A stretch of 28,555 nt of DNA from a virus. The stretch is taken from positions 1 to 28,555 of IMG/VR virus record IMGVR_UViG_3300032073_000172; one strand, given 5' to 3'. The position numbers and the translations under genes were made by a program. Each line of letters begins with the position of its first letter. The first letter of the stretch is position 1. This document shows positions 7,503-15,642 of the stretch, piece by piece. The notes under the pieces are model-generated. The model searched no databases, was not told the origin of the DNA, and saw only the letters and a program-made list of their open reading frames with translations.

Positions 7503-7790
7503 CTACTTTCGAGATTTACCCCATCTAAGAGGATTGGCTTTTTCGTACCAAGATTCAAGTTTTTCAATCTCTCTCTCATGTTTCTCTTCAAGTTTTTGTA
7601 TACGTTCACTTTGTTGTTCTAATTTTGTTTCTATGGTGTAAAGTTTTTTTTCTATGGTTGTATAAGCAAATATGAGTGATCCAAAGATTGCAAATAGATT
7701 AAGTAAAAATTTAAAATTCAATGTGATTGCCATTGAATCAGAACCTACTACTTCTGCCCTATATGACCTTGCTCCCTTGTTTTTTTCCAT
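7503..7790 (-). CDS. Bitopic membrane protein (TM + coiled coil)
   Basis: ORF track, 95 aa. TM segment FKFLLNLFAIFGSLIFAYTTI is followed by EKKLYTIETKLEQQSERIQKLEEKHEREIEKLE. Its ATG overlaps the upstream TAA (TAATG at 7792-7788). Confidence 0.65.
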   Translation of the reverse strand: MEKNKGARSYRAEVVGSDSMAITLNFKFLLNLFAIFGSLIFAYTTIEKKLYTIETKLEQQSERIQKLEEKHEREIEKLESWYEKANPLRWGKSRK

Positions 7791-7915
7791 TAAACATCTA
7801 ATTCATATTCACAGATGTAAACATCTTCACAGCTAACTGCTGTCGATACTAATAAACAAATAATTCCTATATACACTAATGCCCCTGCTATTCTTATTAA
7901 GGTGTTTTTAATCAT
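7790..7915 (-). CDS. 41-aa lipoprotein-like micro-ORF (not in ORF track), possible o-spanin-like element
   Basis: Hand translation gives MIKNTLIRIAGALVYIGIICLLVSTAVSCEDVYICEYELDV. It has a basic n-region, a hydrophobic core and TAVS|C, which fits the generic lipobox profile. There is an ATGA overlap with the upstream gene and a TAATG overlap with the downstream gene. Confidence 0.5.
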   Translation of the reverse strand: MIKNTLIRIAGALVYIGIICLLVSTAVSCEDVYICEYELDV

Positions 7916-8430
7916 GGTTTGTAATACTTGTAAAAATCTTCTGGGTTTTCTTGATCTACTACAACAAATATAGGTGATACGATTGCATTGCCTGTTCCAG
8001 AACCACCTATAATTGCATACAAGTATTGTCCTTCTTGATAAGGTGACTTAATTGTATCATTATCAAATAGATGTAGAAAGCTAGTATCACTAAATACAGG
8101 CACATAAGTACCATCTAATATTTCATCTACTTCTATTCTACGATTATCATTGTAATCAATAACCTCACCTATGCTTACAGTTCTATGTGGCTGACTTGGG
8201 AACTTACCCATGCCATTCACTTCTACTTGTTGATTGTACCACATCTGAGATGCCTTAACAATCTTCTCAAGGTTTGCCTTAGTCTGTTTAGCTTTAGCTC
8301 CCTCACCGATACGACTAAAAGCAGGAGCAGAGGTAGTTGCCAAAGTAGCCATGATAGCCATAGTAACTGCGAACTCAGCAAGGCTATTACCTTTCTTACT
8401 GCAAATACAATTATAAATACAACTGCACAT
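7912..8430 (-). CDS. Prepilin-like protein (type IV pilin / T2SS GspG-like pseudopilin N-terminus)
   Basis: I place the start at ATG 8430, 1 nt after the upstream TAA, rather than at the track's GTG 8463, which overlaps the upstream gene. The leader MCSCIYNCICSKKG ends in Gly. It is followed by NSLAEFAVTMAIMATLATTSAPAF, with Glu at +5 and about 20 hydrophobic residues. Next comes GAKAKQTKANLEKIVKASQMWYNQQVEVNGMGKFPS, which parallels GspG ...KEKADQQKAVSDIVALENALDMYKLDNNRYPT. Confidence 0.6.
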   Translation of the reverse strand: MCSCIYNCICSKKGNSLAEFAVTMAIMATLATTSAPAFSRIGEGAKAKQTKANLEKIVKASQMWYNQQVEVNGMGKFPSQPHRTVSIGEVIDYNDNRRIEVDEILDGTYVPVFSDTSFLHLFDNDTIKSPYQEGQYLYAIIGGSGTGNAIVSPIFVVVDQENPEDFYKYYKP

Positions 8431-8431
8431 A

Positions 8432-8860
8432 TTACTCAATAGATGAAGTCCACTCACTACCACTTAATACCGACATCACTTGAGCATGGCTTAGTTTATC
8501 GTAAGAACTGAATACGCTAGGATCATTATCTGCATCATTATCACAAGCAAACTTTAGTAGTGCTTTGGTACTATCTCCATCATCTCCATTATTCTTGCGT
8601 AATGTGTCTTTACTTGATTGTATTGCATTAGCAATAAAGGCATTTGATACAGGAATGGCTTGTAATAGGTCTGATTTACTCATATCCGAGGTATATTCAT
8701 AGCCATAGCTATCCATCCATGCTTTTATCTGTGCGATTGTATTTGAGTCTGTAGGAGCATCTGCTGAATCAATATCAGCTACAGGCACAATTAAGTATGC
8801 CCTACCTGCCCATCTACCACTATAGTCATCTGACCATCTGTTTGTTACTTCTTCACTCAT
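8432..8860 (-). CDS. Hypothetical acidic protein, 142 aa
   Basis: ORF track. It follows the giant LamG gene after an 11-nt gap. No motif recognised. Confidence 0.6.
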   Translation of the reverse strand: MSEEVTNRWSDDYSGRWAGRAYLIVPVADIDSADAPTDSNTIAQIKAWMDSYGYEYTSDMSKSDLLQAIPVSNAFIANAIQSSKDTLRKNNGDDGDSTKALLKFACDNDADNDPSVFSSYDKLSHAQVMSVLSGSEWTSSIE

Positions 8861-8871
8861 AATTAATTCCT

Positions 8872-11800
8872 TTAAGGTGTTGTTGTTGAACGATTTGTAT
8901 CACCTTTTGCATAACCATTAGGTTCTGCGTTTGGTGAACTTGCTAAGTCTGATGCCTCTGTATTGGTAGCAGTTCCATGATTACTTTGACCAGAGCGATC
9001 ATATATAGTGCCATTACCGACATCAGATAATCCTGTTGAGGCATCTAATGCTGACATTGCCCAATAGCCTTTTAAATTATCTGAGTAGCTATCAAGTAAG
9101 TTATCATGTCTGCCTAAAGTGTATATTGCACCGACTTCTGTTGCTGAAAGTGCTTTATTATATACTGCAACCTGCCCTATTTGTCCATTTGTATATAATG
9201 AATTATCATTTCTTCTACCAATATTTAAAGCACTATTAGTTATATTTATTGATGTTGATGTATTTACATCCGTTTTTGTACCCTCAACTTCACCATTTAC
9301 ATATAGCTTAAGAGTTGTATTTCCATCATAGGTGACTGCCCCATGATACCAAGTTCCTGTTGCAAAAGTAGTTCCAGAAGTCACTTGAAAATCATTAGCA
9401 CCTATTTGATTGTTCCAAGCAAGTTTATTTGTATTATATACTAAAAAAGTATTTTCTGCTCCACTACTTACAGCACCACTTGATGTTAGAGTTTGATAAG
9501 CGTCTACTGCATCTAAATTAAACCAACACATCATTGTAAAAGCATTAGAACCACTTATTCCAATATTGCTACTTGAGGCAATATATTCATCACTTCCATC
9601 CAAGTCTATGTAGTTATACGCAGAGTTTACCCCTGTGAGAAAGGATTGGTCTGGCAGAACTGAGGAATAGACTAAATCAGCAGAGTCTTGGTTGGTCATT
9701 GTGCCGACATTGCCACTTACTTGCTTTGCAGTAATATTATCAACTTCAAATGTGCAAACATCAGCAGAGGCAAATATACCTAATTGTTGATTTGAACCAA
9801 CTATTATGTAAGCAGTAAAATCTCCATTTGCATCTAAAGTAACAGAAACTTTATTTGCAGTATTTGTTTCATAAACTTTAAAAGATGAACTACTTGCTAT
9901 TGAACCACTTACAATCTGAATATTCCCTGTTACTTGTACAATTCCTGTAATACCACTAAAAGGATTAGTAGTTGTATTAATACCTATGTTTATAGTATTT
10001 CCAGAACTTGAATAAGCAATTCTTGCTTTACCATTATTATAAGTTACATCTGGTGTAGAACTTATATGAGTTTTCCCCCACCCTGTAATATTACTATCAA
10101 ATGTGCCATTAGTAATTAACTCTGCTCCAAGAACAGGCTCATTTACATCGATTATGGCAGGGTAAGAGTCACTTAGGTCTGCTGATTGGAGGACTTCTTT
10201 GACTGAAAAATCATCCATACTAAATGAAGATGATACACTACTTACTAATAACCTAAGTTGAGTATGTGCACTTGTTGGTGTCACATAAAAAGTATGTGTT
10301 CCAACACTATGACTTGCATTAGAAACTAGAGCATCTGCAACACTACCACCATTATAAGTATTAATTGCAAATGTTGCTGTATTGTCATAAATAGTAAAAA
10401 CAAGTTTGTATAATTTATTTAAGGTTAATACAACATCAGAATTGTCTTTTTTAGCATATAAATAAGCAATGCCACTATCTGAATATCTTAACCTACCATC
10501 AGATATAGTAAGTCCAGATAATTGAACTCTCCAATTACTATCATTTGTATCTTCTGATAAATCACTACTGAATGTTGGATCACCAAATCTTTCTGCTCCC
10601 AACTCTTCTGAACTACTCTCAAATGCCCCCATGTCATAACCTGCAACCATTTGCTGTACTATGTCATCTGATGCACCATTTGTAATAGTACCATCGTTTG
10701 AGTTAGAACTTGAATCTGCTATAGTAGGATATGATGCAGATGTGTCATCGCCCATTCTCCAATAACCTTGAAGTCCACTAAGTGAAGATTCATCATAAGT
10801 AATACCTTGCTGATAGATAGCGTAGATTTCATCTGCTGATTTTTCTACATTGTAAACAGAAATGTTAGATATACTACCCTTAAAATACTCACCTCCAGAA
10901 CCTGTCCAACCAATTTTAAATGTAGCTGGTCTTGCAGTTCCATGTCCTTGAGATGCAGTATTATCTAAAACTCCATTTATATAAAACTTTTTATTACTGC
11001 CAGATTGAACCATTGCTACATGAGTCCATACTTCATCTGCTATGGCTGTAGTAGAGCCTACATTGGTACTACCATTCCAACTATAAACTTTATTATCTGC
11101 GGGACTTATATAAAGTTGTACTTCTGTATTTGTACTATCTCTTACTCCAACTATTCCTGCATTAGCAGAATTTGCTGTATCGTGAGAAATCCAACCACTA
11201 ATAGTAAAATCCCCACTTGAAAAATCATGTACATCTACACCGCAATCTATATGGTCATTACTACCATCAAAATCCACTACAGAAAATCTCGAATTTCGTA
11301 CAAAACTAAACCTCGACTTTGCCATCTGTGAAATGGTTTGAGAATCGAGTTGAGTCTTATAAAGAGCAAGATTGGATATTTTACCATTTGCATAAGTAGA
11401 ACTAATTCTTCCAATTTCTAACTCTCCACCTAAATTTTCCATAGCTACATAAGTACCACCACCAGTTAGTGATGTTGATTTTTCAACACCATCTATATAT
11501 AATTTTATACCTGCATTAGCACTTGTTCCACCTACACCATTATATGTAGCACATACATGAAACCAAGAGTTTTGATAGCTTGTTAAAGCAGTATTAAAAT
11601 ATGCACCTTCATAAGTATTATCTACACTTTCATCATATAAACCTAAATATAATTTATCAGAACCATCTAATTGTAATATGTATTCAGCATCTGTATTAAA
11701 AACACCCTTTGATACTATTGTAAAGTTTGTAGCATCAACAGGATTAATCCATGCAGATATACTAAATGGTGTGTCTGATGAACCACTACCAAAAGATAAG

Positions 11801-12687
11801 TCATCGTTATCTGCAACACTCACAAAATGATCCGTACCATCAAAATCAGTATAGAAGTCACTTCTGGCGATTGAGGCATCACTTTCTGGTTCTACCTTAT
11901 CTCCACAGCGTAACCACAATTTAAGGTTGGCTGTTCTGTCTACTCCGTATGATGCTGATTTACTAAGATCAACTATTTTCCCATTATTATAGACAGATGT
12001 GACATCTGAGGCACTTAAAGCAGTATTCCAGACTGCAACTTCGTCAATTAAAGCGTCTAAGTAACTACTACCACTATCAAATCCAATTTGATTAAATGTA
12101 AAACTACCACCAGAAATAGTTTTTGTATCATCAATAGATGTTTTATCAACATATAAATCAACACTACTACCACTCCTAACTAATGCAAAGTGATGCCATT
12201 GATTTTCTAAAACAACACTTGCAGAGCTAAATGTTTCTCCACTAAAACTATTTATTCTTAATAAGAAATCCCCATTATCTCTAAAATACAAAACATAATT
12301 ACCTGCTTTATAAAATAATGGTGCAAATCCTTGAGTTTCATCTGTTACATACATCCACCAAGAAATACTAAAATCTCCAGATACAGCAATATCTTGGTCA
12401 AAAGATAAATAATCATTAGAACCATCTAAATTGAATGAATGGGTTGAACCAAATGCAATCCAATTCTTCCATCTGGTATTGAATGAGCCAGAACCCCCAT
12501 GTTTATGAAAAAGTCTTGTATTTAAACTTGTGCCTGTACCTTCTGCCCAATTCCTCCACTTCGTATTGTTGGAAGTACCAGATGCACCTTCTGAATCTAA
12601 AAAATCCCCTTGATTAGTGTCTAACGATCCACCACTATCATCGTGGTCGTATTGTTCTCTTATCTTACTATTTATACTTTCTGGCAT
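8872..12687 (-). CDS. Giant multi-domain lectin-like virion protein with about four LamG (concanavalin-A-like) repeats and two CBM-like modules, a probable fibre/adhesin
   Basis: ORF track, 1271 aa. LamG-type blocks recur: FDGSNDYLS...FSISWWMY...WHHFALV...LYVD; FDGTDHFVSV...FSISAWIN...WFHVCATY...LYIDG; FDGSNDHIDC...FTISGWIS...WTHVAMV...FYINGV; and LDGSDEYIAS...FTMMCWFN...WYHGAVTY...LYVNGE. Linkers are of the type LQGYWRMGDD and LKGYWAMSA...DRSGQSNHGT. The central ELITNGTFDSNITGWG resembles the start of a carbohydrate-binding module. Confidence 0.75.
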   Translation of the reverse strand: MPESINSKIREQYDHDDSGGSLDTNQGDFLDSEGASGTSNNTKWRNWAEGTGTSLNTRLFHKHGGSGSFNTRWKNWIAFGSTHSFNLDGSNDYLSFDQDIAVSGDFSISWWMYVTDETQGFAPLFYKAGNYVLYFRDNGDFLLRINSFSGETFSSASVVLENQWHHFALVRSGSSVDLYVDKTSIDDTKTISGGSFTFNQIGFDSGSSYLDALIDEVAVWNTALSASDVTSVYNNGKIVDLSKSASYGVDRTANLKLWLRCGDKVEPESDASIARSDFYTDFDGTDHFVSVADNDDLSFGSGSSDTPFSISAWINPVDATNFTIVSKGVFNTDAEYILQLDGSDKLYLGLYDESVDNTYEGAYFNTALTSYQNSWFHVCATYNGVGGTSANAGIKLYIDGVEKSTSLTGGGTYVAMENLGGELEIGRISSTYANGKISNLALYKTQLDSQTISQMAKSRFSFVRNSRFSVVDFDGSNDHIDCGVDVHDFSSGDFTISGWISHDTANSANAGIVGVRDSTNTEVQLYISPADNKVYSWNGSTNVGSTTAIADEVWTHVAMVQSGSNKKFYINGVLDNTASQGHGTARPATFKIGWTGSGGEYFKGSISNISVYNVEKSADEIYAIYQQGITYDESSLSGLQGYWRMGDDTSASYPTIADSSSNSNDGTITNGASDDIVQQMVAGYDMGAFESSSEELGAERFGDPTFSSDLSEDTNDSNWRVQLSGLTISDGRLRYSDSGIAYLYAKKDNSDVVLTLNKLYKLVFTIYDNTATFAINTYNGGSVADALVSNASHSVGTHTFYVTPTSAHTQLRLLVSSVSSSFSMDDFSVKEVLQSADLSDSYPAIIDVNEPVLGAELITNGTFDSNITGWGKTHISSTPDVTYNNGKARIAYSSSGNTINIGINTTTNPFSGITGIVQVTGNIQIVSGSIASSSSFKVYETNTANKVSVTLDANGDFTAYIIVGSNQQLGIFASADVCTFEVDNITAKQVSGNVGTMTNQDSADLVYSSVLPDQSFLTGVNSAYNYIDLDGSDEYIASSSNIGISGSNAFTMMCWFNLDAVDAYQTLTSSGAVSSGAENTFLVYNTNKLAWNNQIGANDFQVTSGTTFATGTWYHGAVTYDGNTTLKLYVNGEVEGTKTDVNTSTSINITNSALNIGRRNDNSLYTNGQIGQVAVYNKALSATEVGAIYTLGRHDNLLDSYSDNLKGYWAMSALDASTGLSDVGNGTIYDRSGQSNHGTATNTEASDLASSPNAEPNGYAKGDTNRSTTTP

Positions 12688-12710
12688 ATTTTAAATCTTT
12701 ATGTTAAGCA

Positions 12711-12732
12711 GGGGGGCAGTTGCCCACCCCCC
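12711..12732 (-). promoter_or_regulatory. All-G:C stem-loop directly after the capsid gene (attenuator or mRNA 3'-stabiliser candidate)
   Basis: Plus strand reads GGGGGGCAGTTGCCCACCCCCC. GGGC/GCCC closes a 4-nt loop, and a further GGG/CCC pairs across a 1-nt bulge. It starts 19 nt after the capsid stop. No U-tract follows. It is the most GC-dense spot in an AT-rich genome. Confidence 0.5.
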
Positions 12733-12750
12733 ATATTGATAAGTAAGCTG

Positions 12751-13626
12751 TTAAGCTGTGATCTGTGAGATCATTTCAACACCATAGCCATCTATGATTT
12801 CTGTAGAACCACAGAAACTAGATACCACAATGTTAGAGCGTAGGAAAGAACCTTCCCTGTATTCTTCAACTCTCATCATCTCACCTGCGTAACCGAATCC
12901 GATAGCATCCTGTACAAACACACCACCTTTTACAGATGATACAGTACCAGAACTAACAGTTGCAGTAAGCTCTGGTGATGAGTGTATTGCAATACCTGCA
13001 ATCCTAGAAACAAAACCACTTCTAGCACCTTCATCCTGTACACCAGAACCTGCAAACTGAGCCTGTGTAATAAGGTCATTATGAATACCATAAGTACCCC
13101 ATATCTGTCTAGGCTCTAGTACAGCGTTAGGTTGTCCGGGAGCAGAGTTCTGCTTTAGATGTGCAAGACATTGAAATAAGTGATCTACATTAATTGTAGT
13201 TGTTGCACCACCTACAGCATTGCTAAAATTATCGTAGTTAGCATTTACTAACGCATCTAACTTACTAGCCATTGCATTCCCTGCCAATGCACCTGCGTTT
13301 GCATATACATCATCAGCGTTTGATAGTTTAGCCTCATCATAGATAGGTAGCATTACACTATACATATCTAAGGTGATTGTTTTCTTCTCTGAATCCAAAG
13401 CAGTAGATGGGGTTACTGTACCCTCTGCTGTGTTAGCTACATCTGCCGATGTTACCTTATTACTACCTGCGTTATAAGCCATGAATGTAATCTGGTCTGC
13501 TTTTGGTTCACTCTTTTGCTTTACCAAAGGCACAGATACACTTGCCTCACTAAATTTAAGAATAGCCTCTGCCTCAATGACTTCTAATAAGCCACCTGCG
13601 TAATTCCCACTATCTCCTGTTGCCAT
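12751..13626 (-). CDS. Major capsid protein (HK97-fold type inferred)
   Basis: ORF track, 291 aa. It has a strong RBS (ACGGAGTAAATA-ATG) and lies directly after a scaffold-like gene in the terminase-portal-scaffold-capsid order. Composition is typical of capsid proteins. No search was done. Confidence 0.75.
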   Translation of the reverse strand: MATGDSGNYAGGLLEVIEAEAILKFSEASVSVPLVKQKSEPKADQITFMAYNAGSNKVTSADVANTAEGTVTPSTALDSEKKTITLDMYSVMLPIYDEAKLSNADDVYANAGALAGNAMASKLDALVNANYDNFSNAVGGATTTINVDHLFQCLAHLKQNSAPGQPNAVLEPRQIWGTYGIHNDLITQAQFAGSGVQDEGARSGFVSRIAGIAIHSSPELTATVSSGTVSSVKGGVFVQDAIGFGYAGEMMRVEEYREGSFLRSNIVVSSFCGSTEIIDGYGVEMISQITA

Positions 13627-13922
13627 TATTTACTCCGTTTCTCTCCAAATATAGAATCCCATCTATCTTGTGAAATATGAGAGAAGGTTGAACGAATACC
13701 TGTAAAGGGTACTTTTTCATGTCCTACAGACATTCTAAAGCCTTCCTCATAAGGTACTTCTTCATTACCTACCATATAGATATGTTCCTTATCTTTTGTA
13801 ATCGCAGATTTAATATCCCCTTTAAGCTGTAAGCCTGTTGTGGGGTTACTATCTACTGATTCGAGATGTGAACTTTTCTTTGATTTGCTCATAAGTCGTT
13901 TTATCAATCTTTCCAGATACAT
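13626..13922 (-). CDS. Hypothetical head-module protein, 88-98 aa, start uncertain (ATG 13922 or 13892)
   Basis: ORF track. Its stop shares a base with the capsid ATG (TAATG). AAGAGG lies about 11 nt upstream of ATG 13922. It overlaps the end of the scaffold gene by 74 nt (44 nt from the second ATG). Confidence 0.55.
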   Translation of the reverse strand: MYLERLIKRLMSKSKKSSHLESVDSNPTTGLQLKGDIKSAITKDKEHIYMVGNEEVPYEEGFRMSVGHEKVPFTGIRSTFSHISQDRWDSIFGEKRSK

Positions 13923-14409
13923 GGTCTTTTACAGCCTCTTTTAAAGTTGCATAACCTTGCATCCCTGTTGAATCAGATGTTTCTACACTTGGAATATTAT
14001 TTTTAGGTTTTAATATCTTTCCATGAACTGACCTTAGTTGTGCTAAAGTAAGTTCCTTAAACTCTTCCCTATCATCTTCTGGGAAGTCTGAAAGCAGTTT
14101 CTCTTTCTCTGCTGTGCGTTCAGCTTTATACTGATCCACTACAGGAGTTAATTCACTAAGCTGTTTAGCTCTTTCTTCAGCGAGGGTTTTCCATTCTTCA
14201 TTTTCCTCTAGCTGTTTCTGCCTCTCAACTTCTTGAATCTTCTCAAGTTCAGCAATCTTAGATTCTGCCTTCTGTAATCGTTCTTTCTTTTGCATTACTT
14301 CCTGCAATAGTTCAGACTCACGATCACTTATATTGTCTGCACTACTCTGGCTTTCAGTAGCCAACTCTTGTACACTCTCTTGTACTATCTCTTCCATTGT
14401 TTCCTCCAT
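13849..14409 (-). CDS. Scaffolding protein (putative)
   Basis: ORF track, 186 aa, Glu/Lys/Gln/Leu-rich with an acidic coiled-coil character. It lies immediately upstream of the capsid region. Confidence 0.65.
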   Translation of the reverse strand: MEETMEEIVQESVQELATESQSSADNISDRESELLQEVMQKKERLQKAESKIAELEKIQEVERQKQLEENEEWKTLAEERAKQLSELTPVVDQYKAERTAEKEKLLSDFPEDDREEFKELTLAQLRSVHGKILKPKNNIPSVETSDSTGMQGYATLKEAVKDHVSGKIDKTTYEQIKEKFTSRISR

Positions 14410-14420
14410 GTTAATGAAAT

Positions 14421-14879
14421 CTATTTGCCTATTTTAAAGTTGATAGGCTTTGCAGTTTCTTTATCTGCATTTCTTTTAATTCTTTGTCTCGCCTCTTGTT
14501 GTGCAATCTTTATTGAATTGTTACTAAGTGGTTTGCTGTTTGTTGTTACTGCCCTACCCATGTCTGCATTCCATTGTATCTTCTTAGCATTTGTACCACT
14601 CCATCCGATTGTTACACTATCAGAAGTAAATCCCCTTGTTTGTAATCCATTCATCATATCACCTGTAAGAGTAAGATTAACCTTACTACCAAACCCTGTA
14701 CCACCTCTTTTAAGTTTTGGCTTACGCTCTGCATATCCCCTACTATATGATTTAAAATTCTTATTAAATACATCCCTACCTTTGTTCTGTGTCTGTACTC
14801 GTATCTCATCGGTTATTTCATTACCTACCTGTTTCCAGAACGCTTTATCAAACTTTGGTATATTAGCTAGTTTACCCAA
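14421..14879 (-). CDS. Hypothetical head/neck morphogenesis protein (HK97 gp10 / Mu gpG-like pattern, tentative)
   Basis: ORF track, 152 aa. The block VNLTLTGDMMNGLQTRGFTSDSVTIGWSG...KKIQWNADMGR resembles, from memory, virion-morphogenesis/gp10-type proteins. It overlaps the upstream gene by 8 nt. Confidence 0.45.
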   Translation of the reverse strand: MGKLANIPKFDKAFWKQVGNEITDEIRVQTQNKGRDVFNKNFKSYSRGYAERKPKLKRGGTGFGSKVNLTLTGDMMNGLQTRGFTSDSVTIGWSGTNAKKIQWNADMGRAVTTNSKPLSNNSIKIAQQEARQRIKRNADKETAKPINFKIGK

Positions 14880-15642
14880 CCTTAATACCCTCTACAGTTA
14901 CAGGATTAAATCTTTTTTTATCTTGTATTAGTGATGATGCTCTATCTGGTTTAATAAGTTGCTCTGACCTTGATGTTTCTCTTGCCCATCTATGTCTGCA
15001 ATTAAATCCACCTGCATTGCTAAATGTATTAGGATATTTAGATTCTATCTCATCTCTAGTCAATGAACCTTCACTAGCCATTAGCAAACATATATCTCTG
15101 GTCTTATCATCTATAATTCCTAGATAAACATAAGTAGCATTAGCAGGATCAAGTTCTGCCATTTCTACTGTTACATTGCGTTCAAATTGATTTAGTGCTG
15201 TATTGGCTAATGTCTCAGCTTGATCTGCCCTTAAAACACCACCTGCACCCCTTAAAATGCCATCTGCTATCTCTTTCTCAGTAGCACCTGCAATAACACC
15301 CCTTGCTACCTCCTTCTTTATAAGTTCACCCATCACACCTGCTTGTTTAGCAAATGAGTTTCTATCTATTCTTTGTAAGGCTGTTAATGACTCTGCTGTT
15401 ACTGTGCCTGTCATCTCCATAGCACCTAGTACATTCTGATACTCAAGCATCAATCTGTCTATATCAGCGTTTAGGTTTAGTTTGTTAAGGATAATATCTT
15501 CCATGTCCAACCCTTGAAGTACAAGTAGTATCTCATTCTTACTGAGTCCTTGCTTTTGTAAGTCAAAAACCTGTTTAACAAGTTCCTGCTGTACTCTTTC
15601 AACAGCTTTAGCATATTGTAATGATGCTGTATCTTTAGCCAC
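14872..15642 (-). CDS. Minor head protein, SPP1 gp7 / Mu gpF family
   Basis: The C-terminal signature IIDDKTRDICLLMASEG...GGFNCRHRW fits the family hallmark D..TR..C...G ... NCRC/H. It lies directly after the portal gene with an 8-nt overlap. Confidence 0.8.
   Translation of the reverse strand: MAKDTASLQYAKAVERVQQELVKQVFDLQKQGLSKNEILLVLQGLDMEDIILNKLNLNADIDRLMLEYQNVLGAMEMTGTVTAESLTALQRIDRNSFAKQAGVMGELIKKEVARGVIAGATEKEIADGILRGAGGVLRADQAETLANTALNQFERNVTVEMAELDPANATYVYLGIIDDKTRDICLLMASEGSLTRDEIESKYPNTFSNAGGFNCRHRWARETSRSEQLIKPDRASSLIQDKKRFNPVTVEGIKVG

Noticed and set aside
14368-14931. 187-aa plus-strand ORF, strikingly long for an AT-rich genome, hydrophobic with several TM-like stretches
   Set aside because: It is antisense to the purine-rich (Lys/Glu/Arg/Gly) minus-strand genes at 14421..14879 and flanks. 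The complementary strand is pyrimidine-rich, so it is depleted of stop codons, and the Leu/Phe/Ser/Pro-rich product is typical of such shadow ORFs. No RBS was seen, and every other gene is on the minus strand.
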